This document shows, one piece after another, positions 1-10,189 of a stretch of DNA of 64,000 nt. The first letter of the stretch is position 1. Each line of letters begins with the position of its first letter. The position numbers were made by a program, and so were the translations under genes. Origin of the DNA: a virus; the IMG/VR virus record IMGVR_UViG_3300025646_005470; one strand, given 5' to 3'. The notes below the pieces were generated by a model. It was not told the DNA's origin and did no database searches. It saw nothing but the letters and a program-made list of their open reading frames with translations.

Positions 1-275
1 TTTCCTACTGTACTTTCTTTTTTTACACATTTTAAACATATTTCGCTATGTGGTAATCCTTGTTCCCAAGATTTGCGAAGTTCAACAGCAACAGGAGAAT
101 TCCATAAATCAGTTAGTGTGCTTTTATAAACACTTCCATAAGGCTTTGATGCTACAGCATCAGCATACACATTACCGTTCCAATCAATTGTAAGACTATG
201 CCATGGCGCTATACACTTTTTATCAATTGTTTTGTGCCAATCCCAATCTCTTTTTTTCCACTCTTGATTATCCAT
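1..275 (-). CDS. Radical SAM/SPASM(twitch)-type protein, N-terminal part (runs off window)
   Basis: Translated by hand: MDNQEWKKRDWDWHKTIDKKCIAPWHSLTIDWNGNVYADA...ICLKC. The CxxPW motif resembles the N-terminal twitch domain of 1901..3370. ATG overlaps the upstream TAA (TAATG). Confidence 0.6.
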   Translation of the reverse strand, partial: MDNQEWKKRDWDWHKTIDKKCIAPWHSLTIDWNGNVYADAVASKPYGSVYKSTLTDLWNSPVAVELRKSWEQGLPHSEICLKCVKKESTVG

Positions 276-1360
276 TAAAAATAGTTTTCTTGTTTGCCTT
301 TACGTCTTACATCTGATGTTAAGCAATGTACACCACCGTCCCAAAAATATTGATGTCTGAATTTCCAATATATAGGTGTAACACCATGTTTTTCTAATTG
401 TGCAAATACTTCTTTATCTGCACCTGTACAAATAACCTTGTCTTCTGATATACTTAGAACATTTACATCAAACACTGTTTCATCTACATATCCAATCCAA
501 TGCGATAACCAACGTTCAATATAGTCTTTGTAGAATCTTTGTTTACGTGTGTTTTTAAAATCTTCAGGAAACTTTGTACCTTTGCCACCAACAACAATAC
601 AATCCCATGATTTAAGTTTTTTTGGCAACCAATCTTTTTTCCATGTCATTAGTAGTCCTGGTTTAAGCAGTGCAATCTTGCCATCAACATGCCCGCCCAC
701 AGGAACTTCATTGAATGTAAATTCAGGTAATTGTTGCTTGTACCACTCTAACCCCTGTTCTGTGCCTTTGCCTTTTTCTGGATCTTTTTGATTTGACTGT
801 GAATGAAATATATCTTTACCACATTTAATTAAATTAGCAGAATGAAACAGTACTTCTCCGTTGCGATAATAGTCTTCATAGGTTTTTCGATTTAACTGTG
901 GCTGTGGCATAGATATCCATTCTGCACCATGCATGTAATATTCTTTTAGTATGTCTCTTGAACATAGTGTTTCTAAGTATCTTGATGTGTCTTTTGTATA
1001 TGCTTCTATGATTTTATTACCAAAGAAGCCAATTAAATCTCTTGGTTGTAGAGGTTGATTAATATACTCTATTTCAAACTCACCCACTGTGTATTTCTGT
1101 AAAGGATTGTGTAGAGGTTTTGGTCTTTGTACAACAATATTTTCTTTTTTAAGAATATCAACCAGCACTTCTAAATCTTCTGCTGTTTCTGTTAGTACTC
1201 TTTTTAATAAATCTTTTGCTTCTTGATTAAATCTATCACTTGAATCAAAAGTGTTTGGATCGTAAGGTGTGCCAACAACAACTTCTTCCAAAGGTTGGAA
1301 TTCTGTGTATGAACTTACCAACGGTTTATTGCCAAAAAATTTACTATAATCATTTACCAT
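275..1360 (-). CDS. Amidinotransferase (glycine/inosamine-phosphate amidinotransferase family)
   Basis: SYTEFQPLEEVVVG start, PRD, GGHVDG (His/Asp), C-terminal GGVHCLT (catalytic Cys). Confidence 0.85.
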   Translation of the reverse strand: MVNDYSKFFGNKPLVSSYTEFQPLEEVVVGTPYDPNTFDSSDRFNQEAKDLLKRVLTETAEDLEVLVDILKKENIVVQRPKPLHNPLQKYTVGEFEIEYINQPLQPRDLIGFFGNKIIEAYTKDTSRYLETLCSRDILKEYYMHGAEWISMPQPQLNRKTYEDYYRNGEVLFHSANLIKCGKDIFHSQSNQKDPEKGKGTEQGLEWYKQQLPEFTFNEVPVGGHVDGKIALLKPGLLMTWKKDWLPKKLKSWDCIVVGGKGTKFPEDFKNTRKQRFYKDYIERWLSHWIGYVDETVFDVNVLSISEDKVICTGADKEVFAQLEKHGVTPIYWKFRHQYFWDGGVHCLTSDVRRKGKQENYF

Positions 1361-1950
1361 TATTTTTCAAACTCTTTACTATCGTAATTACTGTCGCGAT
1401 ATCTTCTTTTAACAATAGCATCGTAGTATTTTTTATCCCAATTTTCATAGTACTTTGTATGTTTGTGTAGCCATTTAGATTTTTTGTTTAAATCATCTAG
1501 TGTTTGAATTAAAATAATTGCTAGACCTTGATTTCCAGAATCTAATCCAACTACAGGTCCTTGTTCAGCACCAGTTGATTTTTGTTTTTCTTCTGACATG
1601 TATGATGAAAAAATATATAAATTTTTTTCTACTGCTTTACTTTGATTTTGATCTTCCCACTGTTCTAACTGTTCTAGTGTATAGTTTTTTGGATCTCCAA
1701 TACACACCACAAGTTTTTTATCTGTTGGGTAATTTTTTATTACTTTATCTGCTTTGTCAAACATATCTTGCTTGACCCAATGAACTGCTATTTCATTTTT
1801 GGCAAACCCAGCACCAGCAAATGGACAAATAGGCATCCCGTTTAATTCTTTGCGAGTTTTAGTAACATGATCTTTCATATCATGCCACTTGCGTTCTAAA
1901 TTAGATTGTTCCGCCATCTGCAAGTTCTCTTTCAAGTTTTTCATCAACAC
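1360..1950 (-). CDS. Hypothetical protein, DUF1415-like
   Basis: PICPFA motif; real start probably MAEQS. Confidence 0.45.
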   Translation of the reverse strand: MLMKNLKENLQMAEQSNLERKWHDMKDHVTKTRKELNGMPICPFAGAGFAKNEIAVHWVKQDMFDKADKVIKNYPTDKKLVVCIGDPKNYTLEQLEQWEDQNQSKAVEKNLYIFSSYMSEEKQKSTGAEQGPVVGLDSGNQGLAIILIQTLDDLNKKSKWLHKHTKYYENWDKKYYDAIVKRRYRDSNYDSKEFEK

Positions 1951-3370
1951 TTTCAGTTGCTTGTGCTTTTACTAGGTTATCTTTTGACTCATCAAGTAAT
2001 TCAGCCATTTCAGGAAATGTTTCAGCAAAGTTAGTGTTTCGTTGTTTGTCAAATTTTGTTATGTACTCTCTAAACTGAGGCATACGCTGTGACCAATCTT
2101 CACTCATCATAAATTTCACCATGCCTTGTAATCTTTTAATACCGTAATCTGCTTTCATAAATTCTTCTTTAGATGGTGCTCCTGATATCTGCCAATTTTG
2201 TTCTAACCAAGGATAAAAGTTTTCATACTTTTGTTTGACTTGATCTTTAAACCATTGCGGTAATATTTTTACATTTAAATGCCCAGGCCAATACACAAAA
2301 TGATAGTTGATCATACCTGCACCAAATGGCCATATGTTTATCTTTTTGAAATTTTGTTCTAGTTTCCATTTGATAAAATCTGGTATATAATAAATGTTTA
2401 GTGCCTGCACTGCACAGGCCACAGTGACTTCAACTTTATCTTCTGTGTTGTCCAACAAATGAAACTGTTTAACTGTGTGATCCCATTTTGAAGGAAAACG
2501 TATATAGTCATTCATTTCTCCTATTGAGTCTACACTATAATGAAATCTTACTCTTTTAAAATGACTCCATAAATCAAATAATCTTTGTGGCATTTCTAAA
2601 CCATTTGAATTATAACGTAACTCAATCTTTGGAGCATATCCACGTTTGATAACTTCTTCTAACAGTGTATAGTGTTCTTCGATGATAGTTGATTCACCAC
2701 CTGCAAAGTATAATTGATACATGTGTGGAATTTGTTCATATAGTTGATCCCAAAACTTTGGATTATCTTTGTGCCAATTGTAGTTTGCACCATGCATTTT
2801 ACCTTTGTTATCCCAACCCATGGTTTGTTTTAGATCTAGATTTTCAATAGTAGGATATACATCTAACCAATCTTTTACCCACAGTGAACTATCATGTGGT
2901 GAACACATGATACATTTTAGATTACATTTAGATCCCATACGCAGATCTAAGTATCTAATTTTAGGTGGAATAGATCCGTCTTCTGCTGTTTCACCTATGA
3001 TTTCATCAATGTCATATCTGTTTAACCAGTAGTCTGTTTCCCATTGTCGTTTACTTAAATGTCCTGCTGATTCTTCTTTATAACATTTTAAACAACTTGC
3101 TGGCATTTCTCCATTTAGCATCTGCTTACGAACATTTTTCATATAGTCATTGTTCCAAGCAGTCATTAGATCTGAATTGTTTAGATTTGCTGGTACACCT
3201 TCTGCTGTTTTAAGCACACCAACTTGCCCACCATGTTTTTTATCATTAGTAGCACCTACTGAACTTGCATTAGCAGTACAACATACTCGCATGTTACCGT
3301 CTGGTCTCGTTGAAAGATGCATCCACGGTAATGCACAAAAAGTCTTAGATGGTAGTTTTTTATTGTTCAT
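1901..3370 (-). CDS. Radical SAM protein with N-terminal twitch/SPASM domain
   Basis: CNLKCIMC (CxxxCxxC), FCALPW...CC, CLKC, AGGE motif. Confidence 0.9.
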   Translation of the reverse strand: MNNKKLPSKTFCALPWMHLSTRPDGNMRVCCTANASSVGATNDKKHGGQVGVLKTAEGVPANLNNSDLMTAWNNDYMKNVRKQMLNGEMPASCLKCYKEESAGHLSKRQWETDYWLNRYDIDEIIGETAEDGSIPPKIRYLDLRMGSKCNLKCIMCSPHDSSLWVKDWLDVYPTIENLDLKQTMGWDNKGKMHGANYNWHKDNPKFWDQLYEQIPHMYQLYFAGGESTIIEEHYTLLEEVIKRGYAPKIELRYNSNGLEMPQRLFDLWSHFKRVRFHYSVDSIGEMNDYIRFPSKWDHTVKQFHLLDNTEDKVEVTVACAVQALNIYYIPDFIKWKLEQNFKKINIWPFGAGMINYHFVYWPGHLNVKILPQWFKDQVKQKYENFYPWLEQNWQISGAPSKEEFMKADYGIKRLQGMVKFMMSEDWSQRMPQFREYITKFDKQRNTNFAETFPEMAELLDESKDNLVKAQATESVDEKLERELADGGTI

Positions 3371-3372
3371 TT

Positions 3373-4470
3373 TTATATATTTACCTTTTCAAATTGACTG
3401 CCAAAAGGATCAAATTCTGTTCCACATTTTACAGCACACACTTTTAGTTTACCATCTGCACCTGTACAAGATGTTTTTGACCAACTGTCCATTATGTTTT
3501 TAAAGAAGTCACCTTGCATGACTTTTTCAAATCCATGATTTAAAACTGATAAAGAATCTAATCCGCCTACGCCTTCAATAAATCTCCATATTTGATTTTG
3601 TCCTGGTTTTTCCCACCATTTGTATATTTGTCCTGCTGTCCAACAACAAGGAAATAAATGACCAGATGCACTAACATAAATGTTGTTATCTTTTAACACT
3701 TTACAATTTATTTTTGCTTGGTCATAATAGTTGTTCATAGAACCATATTTTTCTACCAGTGTTGATTCTTTTTTAAGTGCAGGATTTAGATATTTTTCAT
3801 CTGGCTTTGTGAGTTTTTGTGTTTGTTCACCTTTGCGATTTACACCTTGATGTTCATCTTTGCCTTTAGCTTTTGTATTACTAAAAAATCTACCTGTTTT
3901 TTTACTCATAAATTTTTCAAAACCCATGCGTTTAGACAGTGCTTCTGCTTGTTCTACTTGATGTTCATTGTGACCAAATATCAAATAATCCCATCTTGCC
4001 CTACCACCAGCATCTATAAATGCTTGTGCAGAATCCATGCATATATCCCAATTAACATTTTGTCTATACAAATGATTTGTATCTTTTAATCCATCTAAAC
4101 TAAAAATCACATGACCTTTTTGTCCAATTGTTTTTGCGAGTTCACGCCACCATTCTGGTTTTTTAGCACCAGCATTTGTGTTCATACTCAACCATATGTT
4201 TGGATTTTCACTGCGTAGATACTGCATAACTTCTAGTGATTCTTTTGCAATCACAGGATCACCTAGGTTACCACACATAAACAAACTGTTGAGTTGTTTT
4301 ACAAACTCTGGTTGGAATATACGTTTACAGTCTTCTAAAGATAATTCGTTTAATTCTATATTAGGATTTATTTCGCCACCGTTGATATTTCTATCACATT
4401 GTAAACAAGCGGCTTGACACTTGGCTGTGATTTCTAAATGAACTGTTTTAATATCATGGTATGCGTACAT
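3373..4470 (-). CDS. Radical SAM protein with C-terminal SPASM-like cysteines
   Basis: CQAACLQC, CGNLGDP, C-terminal PCCW...C..C. Confidence 0.9.
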   Translation of the reverse strand: MYAYHDIKTVHLEITAKCQAACLQCDRNINGGEINPNIELNELSLEDCKRIFQPEFVKQLNSLFMCGNLGDPVIAKESLEVMQYLRSENPNIWLSMNTNAGAKKPEWWRELAKTIGQKGHVIFSLDGLKDTNHLYRQNVNWDICMDSAQAFIDAGGRARWDYLIFGHNEHQVEQAEALSKRMGFEKFMSKKTGRFFSNTKAKGKDEHQGVNRKGEQTQKLTKPDEKYLNPALKKESTLVEKYGSMNNYYDQAKINCKVLKDNNIYVSASGHLFPCCWTAGQIYKWWEKPGQNQIWRFIEGVGGLDSLSVLNHGFEKVMQGDFFKNIMDSWSKTSCTGADGKLKVCAVKCGTEFDPFGSQFEKVNI

Positions 4471-4471
4471 T

Positions 4472-5359
4472 TTACTTTATTCCTATTAACATATACCTTG
4501 TATATTTTCCAAGTATTAAACTGCCTCCATAAAAGTATGTTGTCATAGGAGCAATTGTTTTAAAATGATCTACATCATCAACACAATTAATATGTTCTGG
4601 CAATGCTTTATAATCGTTTGATTGTAGAATACATAATTTACCTTTTGGAATACTAGCCCACCATTTATCCCAATTTTCTATATGTTCGCAACTTGTATTG
4701 ATAATTGTGTTTGGTTTATCAAATAATTCTCGCTCTGTACCGTTTGATCTTAGTGTTGTGTATGCATATTCATTGAAATTAATTTTGTGTATGTCTTGTG
4801 TTGTTGCTTTAAATTTCCAATCATCCATTACCCACGGCTTGTTAAATGTTTCAGCAATACGCCAACAATTTTCGTCAATGTCAAAACTTCTTATTTTATC
4901 TAAGTGTATTTTACTAGACTCAAACAACATAGTTGCTAGTGTACCATACCAACCTGCACATAAAAATACTGTACCTAAATGAAGACTTGTTTTTTCAAGT
5001 TCAGATACCAACCATTTTTTACTGTGCAATTGACCTCTACTGAAACAATCATTATCAATTTTTATATCATTTACAAAAAAATTTTTAAATGCTTTTACAA
5101 ACTGTGTTTGAGCATATTGATCCAGTACTGGCCAAACTCCCCATATATGATCATCCATTATAAAACGTAATAAATTTTCTTTATTATTATTATCAATTAT
5201 ACGTACTATACTAGATACATCTTTGTCAATATATGCTCGTCTAAGATCTTTTAATTCTTCTATATTATCATACAATAATTCAAATCTATCTAATAACTCG
5301 TGCGTTTCTAGACGAGACTTGAATTTTGTTGAACTGTTGCTCAAGCCAACCAAAGTCAT
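4472..5359 (-). CDS. Class I SAM-dependent methyltransferase-like protein
   Basis: VFLCAGWYG (motif I-like), RSFDID, IINTSCEH; start uncertain. Confidence 0.6.
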   Translation of the reverse strand: MTLVGLSNSSTKFKSRLETHELLDRFELLYDNIEELKDLRRAYIDKDVSSIVRIIDNNNKENLLRFIMDDHIWGVWPVLDQYAQTQFVKAFKNFFVNDIKIDNDCFSRGQLHSKKWLVSELEKTSLHLGTVFLCAGWYGTLATMLFESSKIHLDKIRSFDIDENCWRIAETFNKPWVMDDWKFKATTQDIHKINFNEYAYTTLRSNGTERELFDKPNTIINTSCEHIENWDKWWASIPKGKLCILQSNDYKALPEHINCVDDVDHFKTIAPMTTYFYGGSLILGKYTRYMLIGIK

Positions 5360-6017
5360 TTATCTTACTCAATGCCTCCATATTATTTTTATTTGTTTCG
5401 CCGTATTCTCTACCAGCAATAGCACCTGCAATAGCATACTCGCCAAAGCCTCGTTCACTGCCTACTGAACACCATATGTTTAATCTCTGTTCTGTTTCTG
5501 CATCTTTTTGTTTGTCAATCACTTTTGATGCTAGTTTTGTACATTCTCTAAATGCTGATTTAAATGTGTTGAAAGGATCTGTATTAAATGCCGTTGTGTT
5601 ACTGATAGTTGGCATTGCCTTAAATGCACCTTTTTTGCCTTCTTTGTTTGCAACTGATGTTGTAAAATCAATACGCCAATCTTTTGCATCACGTAGAGCC
5701 TGTGTTGGAAACAATTTAACACCACCATAGCCATACACTAGATCATTTATAGGATTTCTACATCTCCATACATGAACACAGTGTTCATCCCATTTGCTCG
5801 GTTTAAATGAAAAATCAAAATAATCTTCTAGATCAGCATCTGCATCTACTACATAAAAACTTTTTGTGTAGGCCAATTCAGCACAACGTTTGTGTGCTTC
5901 AAAAATTCCTTTTACTCCTTGTACTCTACGAGCATAAGGAAACTTACTCAAAAGTTTTTCCCATGTTTGATCAGCATAAGGTTCTTGATAACTCAAATGA
6001 AATATATCTAAAGCCAT
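5286..6017 (-). CDS. Glycosyltransferase-like protein (GT-A, DxD)
   Basis: FYVVDADA DxD motif; YGYGGVKLF. Confidence 0.55.
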   Translation of the reverse strand: MALDIFHLSYQEPYADQTWEKLLSKFPYARRVQGVKGIFEAHKRCAELAYTKSFYVVDADADLEDYFDFSFKPSKWDEHCVHVWRCRNPINDLVYGYGGVKLFPTQALRDAKDWRIDFTTSVANKEGKKGAFKAMPTISNTTAFNTDPFNTFKSAFRECTKLASKVIDKQKDAETEQRLNIWCSVGSERGFGEYAIAGAIAGREYGETNKNNMEALSKINDFGWLEQQFNKIQVSSRNARVIR

Positions 6018-6035
6018 GTCTATATTATACTTGGT

Positions 6036-6248
6036 TTACTGTTTAAAATCAAGAGGAAATGCACTAAGACTCAAAGTTTCTATATCTGGATATTTCAGTT
6101 TAATTAAAAAGTACTGTTCTTCTGTAACCAATATAATATCATTAGCAAAGAACTTAAAACTGGTTTTTTGAATGCTTGTATCATCTAATAGTTTTTGATG
6201 TTTTTTAATATCGCGATATCCAACTGATCTATAACTAACGTTTTTCAA
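6036..6248 (-). CDS. Hypothetical protein
   Basis: 70 aa ORF in operon, overlapping clpP stop. Confidence 0.45.
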   Translation of the reverse strand: MKNVSYRSVGYRDIKKHQKLLDDTSIQKTSFKFFANDIILVTEEQYFLIKLKYPDIETLSLSAFPLDFKQ

Positions 6249-6843
6249 CTATTTTGTCAATTAAGCCAAACTCCAGTGCCTGCTCAGGTGTCATAAAGTT
6301 ATCACGTTCCATAGCATTTTCAACTGTTGCTAGATCTTTACCGCAGTGTTTTACATACAATTCGTTTAGTCTTTTCTTTGTATCTAAAATATCTTTTGCA
6401 TGTATTTCAATATCAGTTGCTTGTCCGCTAAATCCTGCACTAGGTTGGTGAATCATAATTTTTGAATGTGGCAAACTAATTCTTTTTCCTGCCGTACCTG
6501 CCATTAATAACAGTGACCCTGCACTTGCTGATAGGCCAACACTTACTGTTGAAATATCCGGTTGAACATACTGCATGGTATCATACATGGCCAAACCTGC
6601 TGTTACACTTCCACCAGGTGAATTAATATACATGTAAATATCTTTGTCTTTAGCCTCTGATTCTAAAAACAATAACTGGGCACAGACCAAACTTGATACT
6701 GTGTCATTAATTGGGCCAGTTATAAAGATAATTCTTTCTTTTAATAAACGTGAAAAAATATCATAACTTCTTTCACCTCTTGACGATTGTTCAACAACCA
6801 TTGGTACTAGATTCATATTCATCTCCTTAGACATTAAATTCAA
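6235..6843 (-). CDS. clpP: ATP-dependent Clp protease proteolytic subunit
   Basis: [41 protein letters not shown] (Ser), MIHQP (His), ERD (Asp); real start likely MNLVP. Confidence 0.97.
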   Translation of the reverse strand: MNLMSKEMNMNLVPMVVEQSSRGERSYDIFSRLLKERIIFITGPINDTVSSLVCAQLLFLESEAKDKDIYMYINSPGGSVTAGLAMYDTMQYVQPDISTVSVGLSASAGSLLLMAGTAGKRISLPHSKIMIHQPSAGFSGQATDIEIHAKDILDTKKRLNELYVKHCGKDLATVENAMERDNFMTPEQALEFGLIDKIVEKR

Positions 6844-8323
6844 CTCCTTGTGCCAATGGCAAGTCTGTTGAGTAGTTTACAGTTACCGTGCTTCTACGCA
6901 TATATTGTTTCCATGCATCTGAACCACTTTCTCTACCTCCGCCAGTGTGTTTTTCACCGCCAAAGGCTCCGCCAATTTCAGCCCCACTAGGACCAATATT
7001 AACATTTACTATACCACAATCTGATCCATTTGCTCCAATAAACAATTCTGATTCTTGTAGATCTTTTGTAAAGATGCAACTACTTAAACCTTGTGGTACA
7101 TTGTTGTTAATTGCTATTGCTTCTGCTAGTTCATCATATGGTATAATGTATAGCAAAGGTGCAAATGTTTCTGTTTTTGTAATTTCTTCTGCTTTAGTTA
7201 ATTCAACTATTGCTGGTGTTACATAAACACCATCACGTTCTAATCTTATGCCACCTGTTACTGTGCCAACTCCTTGTTGTTCACATTGTGCAATTGTATC
7301 TTTCATGTTTTCATATGCTTGTTCACTTACAAGTGGACCTACCAATACATTTGGATCTAAAGGATCACCAACTGTAATTTTTGCATAATATTTTTTAAGC
7401 ATTTTTACCAGTTGTTCATGTATTGATCTATGCACAATAACTCTACGTAAAGTTGTACATCTTTGACCTGCTGTGCCTACAGCACTAAACAATATAGCTC
7501 TAATTGCCAATTTCATGTCTGCATTTGGTGTAACTATCATTGCATTGTTGCCACCAAGTTCCATCAACACTCTGCCAAATCTTTCAGTGACTCTTTTGCC
7601 CAATGCTTGACCCATTGCTGTTGATCCTGTTAAACTTACAAGATTAACGTGTTTATCATCTGCTAACCATTCTGCAGGTTCATTAGCACCTATAACTAAT
7701 TCTAAAATATTTTGTGCTTGTGGTATACCAGAACGTTCAACTGCTTTTTTAAATATTGCTTCACAGGCAAATGATACTAAAGGTGTTTTAGGTGATGGTT
7801 TCCAAAGTGTTGCATTGCCACATACTGTTGCAATAGCAAAATTCCAACTCCATACTGCTACAGGAAAATTAAATGCTGAAACAACTCCAACCACTCCTAG
7901 TGGATTCCATATTTCTTGCATACGATGTCCAGGTCGTTCGCTGGGCATTGTTAATCCGTATAACTGTCTTGATAGTCCAACTGCAAAGTCGCAGATGTCA
8001 ATCATTTCCTGAACTTCACCTAGACCTTCTTGTAGAATTTTACCATTTTCAATAGTAACCAATCTACCAAGTTCGTTTTTGTACTTACGAAGTTCTTCAC
8101 CAAATAGTCTAATAACTTCACCACGTTGTGGTGCTGGTACAGTTCGCCATTCTATTTGAGCTTGTTTTAAATTTAGTACTTTTGCTTCATATTCTTGTCT
8201 TGTAGAATATTTCACATTGGCAATTTTAGTAGCATCAATTGGTGATGTTACAGAATTACCATTTGGTACTGTATATAAATTTTTGTCTATGCCAATAGCA
8301 TCAAGTATCTGTTGTGCATTCAT
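6827..8323 (-). CDS. Aldehyde dehydrogenase, ALDH7/antiquitin-like (piperideine-6-carboxylate dehydrogenase family)
   Basis: [63 protein letters not shown]. Confidence 0.92.
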   Translation of the reverse strand: MNAQQILDAIGIDKNLYTVPNGNSVTSPIDATKIANVKYSTRQEYEAKVLNLKQAQIEWRTVPAPQRGEVIRLFGEELRKYKNELGRLVTIENGKILQEGLGEVQEMIDICDFAVGLSRQLYGLTMPSERPGHRMQEIWNPLGVVGVVSAFNFPVAVWSWNFAIATVCGNATLWKPSPKTPLVSFACEAIFKKAVERSGIPQAQNILELVIGANEPAEWLADDKHVNLVSLTGSTAMGQALGKRVTERFGRVLMELGGNNAMIVTPNADMKLAIRAILFSAVGTAGQRCTTLRRVIVHRSIHEQLVKMLKKYYAKITVGDPLDPNVLVGPLVSEQAYENMKDTIAQCEQQGVGTVTGGIRLERDGVYVTPAIVELTKAEEITKTETFAPLLYIIPYDELAEAIAINNNVPQGLSSCIFTKDLQESELFIGANGSDCGIVNVNIGPSGAEIGGAFGGEKHTGGGRESGSDAWKQYMRRSTVTVNYSTDLPLAQGVEFNV

Positions 8324-8326
8324 AAA

Positions 8327-8545
8327 TTATTTTTTAAAATATTTTTCAATAACTTCTAATTGATCATGATATTTTGCAATAACTTCTAGTTCTTTTTCTA
8401 CTGCTTCTAAAATATCTGGATGCTCACCAACACCCGCCGCATTTGAAAGATATACTTCAACGTTCATTGTGTGTTTAGCAATATGTCCTTTTGCATGTTC
8501 TACTATTGCGTCTAACATATTTTCTCTACTATATAATCCTGCCAT
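8327..8545 (-). CDS. Small conserved-looking hypothetical phage protein
   Basis: 72 aa; N..GVGEHPDI motif. Confidence 0.6.
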   Translation of the reverse strand: MAGLYSRENMLDAIVEHAKGHIAKHTMNVEVYLSNAAGVGEHPDILEAVEKELEVIAKYHDQLEVIEKYFKK

Positions 8546-8599
8546 TTTTCTTCTCCTAGGTTATGTGTTTATTATACACTATTTATTTGTAAAGTCAAT

Positions 8600-8905
8600 C
8601 TATATTCCTAGTGCCAATCTAACATCTTCACTCATCATTTCAGGACCAAATGGTGGATCAAATGTGGTTTCAATAAAACAGGAATCAACACCCTCTACTG
8701 ATGTAGCCGCATATTTGATATCTGCTACAATTTGATCTGCCGCTGGGCAAAATGCTGATGTTAGTGTGTGAGTAATTGATGCTCTTGGCAATTCAGATAA
8801 ATCAATATTGTATATCAATCCAAGATCATATATGTTTACTGAAATTTCTGGATCATATACTTGTCTTAGATTTTCAACAATCTTTTCTTTTATTTGTTCT
8901 GTCAT
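8600..8905 (-). CDS. sufT: Fe-S cluster assembly protein SufT/MIP18 (DUF59)
   Basis: LRQVYDPEISVNIYDLGLIY, TLTSAFCPAAD, FDPP. Confidence 0.9.
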   Translation of the reverse strand: MTEQIKEKIVENLRQVYDPEISVNIYDLGLIYNIDLSELPRASITHTLTSAFCPAADQIVADIKYAATSVEGVDSCFIETTFDPPFGPEMMSEDVRLALGI

Positions 8906-9462
8906 ACTGCCTCCACACTGTGTACTTCTGGTATGTAGTGTCGCAACATGTTTTCAATGCCCATTTTAAGAGTTGCTGTAGAACTTGGACAACCTGAACA
9001 AGCACCGTACATTTCCAAATACACTGTGCCATTTTCAAAACTGTGGAATATGATATCTCCACCGTCCATGGCCACTGCTGGTCTTACTCTGTCATCAAGC
9101 AATTGAATTATCTTTTTTGTAACCTTTGTTTCTCCTGCATCTGTGTTAATTGTTTCGCAGGCAGGTTTAACTTGCTCAATTATGTATGGCTTATCAACAT
9201 AACTTTGTATTTCTTGTATAATTGTTGATTTTATATTTTCCCATTCTACTATACTATCTTTACCTACTGTAATAAAATCAGATCCAAAAAACACATCTTG
9301 TATTCCTTGTATTTTAAAAAGATCACTTGCTAAAGGTGAATCTTCTTTGGGATTTCCTTGTGGATCTTTTTTATAAAACAAAGGTGATTTGTTTCCTCTT
9401 ACTTCTCTGTTTGGTAAAAATTTCAATGCATTTGGATTAGGTGTTGGTTCTGTTTGTATCAT
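8902..9462 (-). CDS. nfuA: NifU/Nfu family Fe-S scaffold/carrier
   Basis: IQTEPTPNPNALKF, VRPAVAMDGGDI, GACSGCPSS (CxxC). Confidence 0.93.
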   Translation of the reverse strand: MIQTEPTPNPNALKFLPNREVRGNKSPLFYKKDPQGNPKEDSPLASDLFKIQGIQDVFFGSDFITVGKDSIVEWENIKSTIIQEIQSYVDKPYIIEQVKPACETINTDAGETKVTKKIIQLLDDRVRPAVAMDGGDIIFHSFENGTVYLEMYGACSGCPSSTATLKMGIENMLRHYIPEVHSVEAV

Positions 9463-10097
9463 TAGTGTTTATCTCCTATTAGTTCAATTAATTCATATGC
9501 TCCGTTGTATGCAAAATACACTGCCAAAGCACCTAGTAACCATTTGCTGATAGTAAAAAAAGTGCCAACGTTAATGCGAGCAATACCTTTTTTCATCAAC
9601 ATATAAATTAAAACCAAAACACCTGCACCAACTATGCCTCCCAACCAAATACTGTAGGTTTCAGCAATTGGTGAAGCAAATAGTCCTGCATAAAATAAAA
9701 CAATCTCAAATCCTTCTCTTAATATTGCAAAGAACACTGCCAATGATAGTGCTATTGCTGTGCCTTGAGATATTGCATGTTTTACATGACCTTCCACATG
9801 TTGTTTTGCATTGTGACACCAAAATGCCACATAGGCCAAAACACCTGCCGCAATCAACATGGTCACACCTTCAAATAATTCTTCATGTGCGTGTGTAAGT
9901 GATGTGACAAATGTGAACAGTATGGCTATAACTATCGAAGCAAGTACGCCATAACCTATACCTTGCCAAACATATTGTTTCTTGTCTTGTGCGTTGAGTT
10001 TTTCCAAGTAGGTAAAAATCAACATAGCAATTAGAATTGACTCAAATCCTTCTCTCAATATGATAAAGAAAGATCCTAAAAATGGTGCTATACTCAT
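9462..10097 (-). CDS. FTR1 family iron permease
   Basis: Two REGxE motifs (LREGFES, LREGFEI), multi-TM. Start moved to ATG 10097, which follows an AAGGAG SD. Confidence 0.9.
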   Translation of the reverse strand: MSIAPFLGSFFIILREGFESILIAMLIFTYLEKLNAQDKKQYVWQGIGYGVLASIVIAILFTFVTSLTHAHEELFEGVTMLIAAGVLAYVAFWCHNAKQHVEGHVKHAISQGTAIALSLAVFFAILREGFEIVLFYAGLFASPIAETYSIWLGGIVGAGVLVLIYMLMKKGIARINVGTFFTISKWLLGALAVYFAYNGAYELIELIGDKH

Positions 10098-10189
10098 ATA
10101 AACTCCTTTCAAGATGCTTATTACGACCCTTGCGGTGCCGTTTGTAACACACTGTTATTATATCTTATATTGATATTTATTGCAAGAGT

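Noticed and set aside
275-1360. Amidinotransferase as the archaeosine (G+) synthase partner of QueD
   Set aside because: It belongs to a different family from ArcS/QueF-like/GAT-QueC, lies 20 kb away, and no dpdA, queC, queE or folE is present in the window.
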